From positions 1-16,620 of the forward strand of contig JAQUVR010000004.1 of the NCBI GenBank assembly GCA_028693335.1: a stretch of DNA of 16,620 bases, given 5' to 3'. The position numbers and the translations under genes were made by a program. Of the stretch, positions 14,555 through 16,620 are shown in pieces. The stretch is from Candidatus Iainarchaeum sp. GTDB taxonomy: Archaea > Iainarchaeota > Iainarchaeia > Iainarchaeales > CSSED10-239. The notes below the pieces were generated by a model, which made no database searches, was not told the origin of the DNA, and saw only the letters and a program-made list of their open reading frames with translations. Position 1 is the stretch's first letter. Each line of letters starts with the position of its first letter.

Positions 14555-14730
14555 CTTTGACCACCAAAATAAATTAAGATAAATTGTATTTTTAAAGGTT
14601 TAGAATGGCTTAAAAAATACCTTTTGCCAGTGCCACCGGACAAGACCCCCCCTACAAAAACACCCCACCTATCTTTTCACATAAATATATTGCCTTTTAG
14701 TTTATCAAAAAACAGTAAAAAATATAATTT

Positions 14731-16197
14731 GTGGAAAGTATGGATAGATTGTGTTTAATCTTAAGTGAGTATGACTCATATAAACAAAGAATGGTTCTTT
14801 ATTTTTCAAAAGATCCATTATCAAAAACAAATGACTTTATTTATAAAGAAGCATTTGCGCCTTCATTTTTAATTGATCTTCCCCAAGGTTTTTTGAAAAG
14901 TCTTTTGTTTGAGTTTAAAAAGGACATAACCATTAAAGAGATAGATTCACACAAATCAAAAATTATTGCAAAAAATTACAATTTATTGGAATTGTGTGCA
15001 AAAATAATCCAACAATCTACAAATAAAAATATTCTATTAATTGAACCAGAAAGGCAGTTTCTAATAAAAAACAATTGGAGCTATTATGATTCTTTTGTTA
15101 TTTTAAATAAAAACAGAATTAACAAAGTAAATAATGAAAATCTTATTCATTCAACAATAGACAAATTCATTAGAAATATCGATGACAATAAAAAAATTGA
15201 ATCAATTGAACCATTAACCAAAAAATTATTGTTATCTAATCTTTTAAAAACAAAACCAGAAAAAAATATTACTTCTGATCAAATCTTAAATATCTTGTTT
15301 GAAAATTATTTTTTTCTTAAAAACATAACATTAACAAAAAAGTCAAAAATAGAGATAAGTAGAAAAGAACTAAATTTTCCTGGTGCGTTATCACTTGACT
15401 TTTCATCAATTTGGCCACATCTACTTACAAATAAATTTTACAACATTGGCTATGAGACCATAAATTGTAATTGTTGTAAACCAAAAGATCTTAATTCAAC
15501 AAATATTTTATCTAACTCATTAATTGAGGTTGAATTTTTAAGATCAGGATATTATTTTGTTAGTAATTCATCAAAATATGCATATCAATATCATCAAGAA
15601 AATGAAAAAAAGGAAAACAGATTAAATTTTAAAAAGCAAAATAAATTAAAACAATTTCCTATTGGACCATTTAACAAAGGAGATAAAAATAAAATATTAT
15701 TAACTGATATAAATAAATTATTGATAGATGACGACATAAAAATATTAAAAGACCACAATCTAAATTGGACCTGTAAAAAACAAGAATCATTCATATCTAC
15801 AATAATAAAAGATTTATTATTTAGATTAAAAACATTAGAAGAATCAATAAACATTACAACAACTCTTAACTATTCTACCAATTTTGCAACAACAAACAAT
15901 TTAGAGAAAAATCCAAATTTTGTTGAATATTTAACAGAATATGCTTTAATTAATAACCTATTAGAAGAAATTCCTTTATTTTTACAAAATGGAAACACAA
16001 AGTTTTTTGATCCTACAATTCAGGGGGCAATAGAATCTATAAAACAAAAAACAATAAATGATCTAAATGAATTTGATAACAACAGAGACGTTTTTATGGC
16101 AAATGATAAAATTGTATCATATAACAAAAGCTTTTTATTAAAAATAAACAATTATTTTCCAAAACTTAATTTGCCTATTCCAAAACTAATTTGTTAA
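14731..16197 (+). CDS. Hypothetical protein resembling a truncated or degenerate family-B DNA polymerase (N-terminal domain plus palm-like core, no exonuclease domain)
   Basis: 488-aa ORF. The listed start is GTG 14731, and ATG 14740 is an alternative. From memory of archaeal PolB: the N-terminal pattern (MVLYFSKD...FAPSFLIDL...LLIEPERQFLIKNN) resembles the PolB N-domain. SLDFSSIWPHLLTNKFYNIGYETINCNCC resembles motif A (DxxSLYPS..HNVSPDT...C). WTCKKQESFISTIIKDLLFRLK resembles FCKD.PGFIPSLL..LLEER. No DxE exonuclease motifs and no KxxxNSxYG motif were seen. Confidence 0.4.
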   Translation: MESMDRLCLILSEYDSYKQRMVLYFSKDPLSKTNDFIYKEAFAPSFLIDLPQGFLKSLLFEFKKDITIKEIDSHKSKIIAKNYNLLELCAKIIQQSTNKNILLIEPERQFLIKNNWSYYDSFVILNKNRINKVNNENLIHSTIDKFIRNIDDNKKIESIEPLTKKLLLSNLLKTKPEKNITSDQILNILFENYFFLKNITLTKKSKIEISRKELNFPGALSLDFSSIWPHLLTNKFYNIGYETINCNCCKPKDLNSTNILSNSLIEVEFLRSGYYFVSNSSKYAYQYHQENEKKENRLNFKKQNKLKQFPIGPFNKGDKNKILLTDINKLLIDDDIKILKDHNLNWTCKKQESFISTIIKDLLFRLKTLEESINITTTLNYSTNFATTNNLEKNPNFVEYLTEYALINNLLEEIPLFLQNGNTKFFDPTIQGAIESIKQKTINDLNEFDNNRDVFMANDKIVSYNKSFLLKINNYFPKLNLPIPKLIC

Positions 16198-16210
16198 AAA
16201 AAATAAAAAT

Positions 16211-16239
16211 AGAAAACAACTATTTGAAAGTTGTTTTTT
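16211..16239. terminator. Bidirectional hairpin terminator between the convergent PolB-like and alba genes
   Basis: A 9-bp stem AAAACAACT (16213-16221) pairs with AGTTGTTTT (16229-16237) around loop ATTTGAA. It is followed by a T-run on the plus strand (16234-16239) and by TTTTCTATTTTTATTTTTTT on the minus strand. Confidence 0.5.
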
Positions 16240-16246
16240 AAATTAA

Positions 16247-16525
16247 TTATTTAATTAATTTTATTTCAATAGCAGAAACTTTCATTGGGGCGTTATTTTC
16301 AGTAATAATTTCTTCTGTTGAAATTAATATATCTGAAACCTTTAATGTATTTACAAATTTGTTTTTTACAATCTCTGCAACGTCAACTGCTTTTGATATT
16401 GTTTTACCTCTTGCTTTTATAATTACATGATCTGCACCTTGGTTAAATTGTGTAATTACTGCTAAGACGTAAGCCATTGTTCCTTTTTTTCCAATATATA
16501 TTGTATTTCCTTCTACATCGTTCAT
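16247..16525 (-). CDS. albA: Alba (Sac10b family) DNA/RNA-binding chromatin protein
   Basis: 92 aa with near-textbook Alba sequence: NTIYIGKKGTMAYVLAVITQFNQGADHVIIKARGKTISKAVDVAEIVKNKF...VSAIEIKL. Confidence 0.92.
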   Translation of the reverse strand: MNDVEGNTIYIGKKGTMAYVLAVITQFNQGADHVIIKARGKTISKAVDVAEIVKNKFVNTLKVSDILISTEEIITENNAPMKVSAIEIKLIK

Positions 16526-16620
16526 AGTTTGTCAATCCCCCGCGAATTATTTTTTTAGAGATTTTGTAGATTGCTATCTAAATATCTTGTTTTCCAAAAT
16601 GTTTTTAAAGGATATTTTTA

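Noticed and set aside
14621-14670. Split-tRNA half or other known structural RNA, or a G-quadruplex, in the GC-rich island
   Set aside because: There is no T-arm (GTTCRANYC), D-arm or acceptor-like segment, and no convincing self-complementarity. On the minus strand only three G3+ runs can be extracted (GGGG, and G7 split in two) plus GG dinucleotides, so a canonical four-run G4 is not satisfied.
15594-15854. 86-aa minus-strand ORF inside the PolB-like gene
   Set aside because: It is antisense to a much longer ORF, has Phe/Asn/Ser-rich low-complexity sequence, and shows no start context.
1-16620. CRISPR arrays, rRNA genes, transposases/integrases, toxin-antitoxin or recognisable defence-system genes
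   Set aside because: I saw no regularly spaced direct repeats, no rRNA-like GC-rich blocks other than the tRNA, and no ORF with DDE/tyrosine-recombinase, Cas, or typical defence ATPase/nuclease signatures apart from the NurA discussed above.

Overview
This is a very AT-rich (by eye about a quarter G+C), tightly packed archaeal segment, probably from a small-genome DPANN-like archaeon. The archaeal markers are an Alba chromatin protein, NurA, a tRNA-Trp with a canonical bulge-helix-bulge intron, and TATA/oligo-T style signals. Genes in window order: partial endonuclease III; a small membrane protein; a coiled-coil/winged-helix protein; a co-directional minus-strand block of HtpX, a 1322-aa membrane-anchored papain-like (C1) protease and NurA; a coiled-coil protein; a compact beta-CASP nuclease; tRNA-Trp(CCA) with an 85-nt intron; a five-gene minus-strand envelope glycosylation cluster (polyprenyl-phosphate-sugar-synthase-like GT2, GT-C, a processive GT2 synthase with DGD/TED/QRLRW motifs, and two exported unknowns); a 488-aa protein I read as a stripped-down family-B DNA polymerase homologue; and Alba. 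The observations most worth follow-up are: (1) the PolB-like protein, which lacks an exonuclease domain; (2) the giant surface cysteine protease, whose gene abuts or overlaps (depending on the nurA start chosen) an orphan nurA; (3) a GT2 gene whose conserved N-terminus lies upstream of any ATG/GTG/TTG, but directly after a GGTGG Shine-Dalgarno and an ATA codon; (4) the long tRNA-Trp intron, which carries a 9-nt match to its own 3' splice junction; and (5) G5-G7 tracts that appear mostly in intergenic leaders. All functional calls come from reading motifs by eye and from remembered family signatures. No database search was run.
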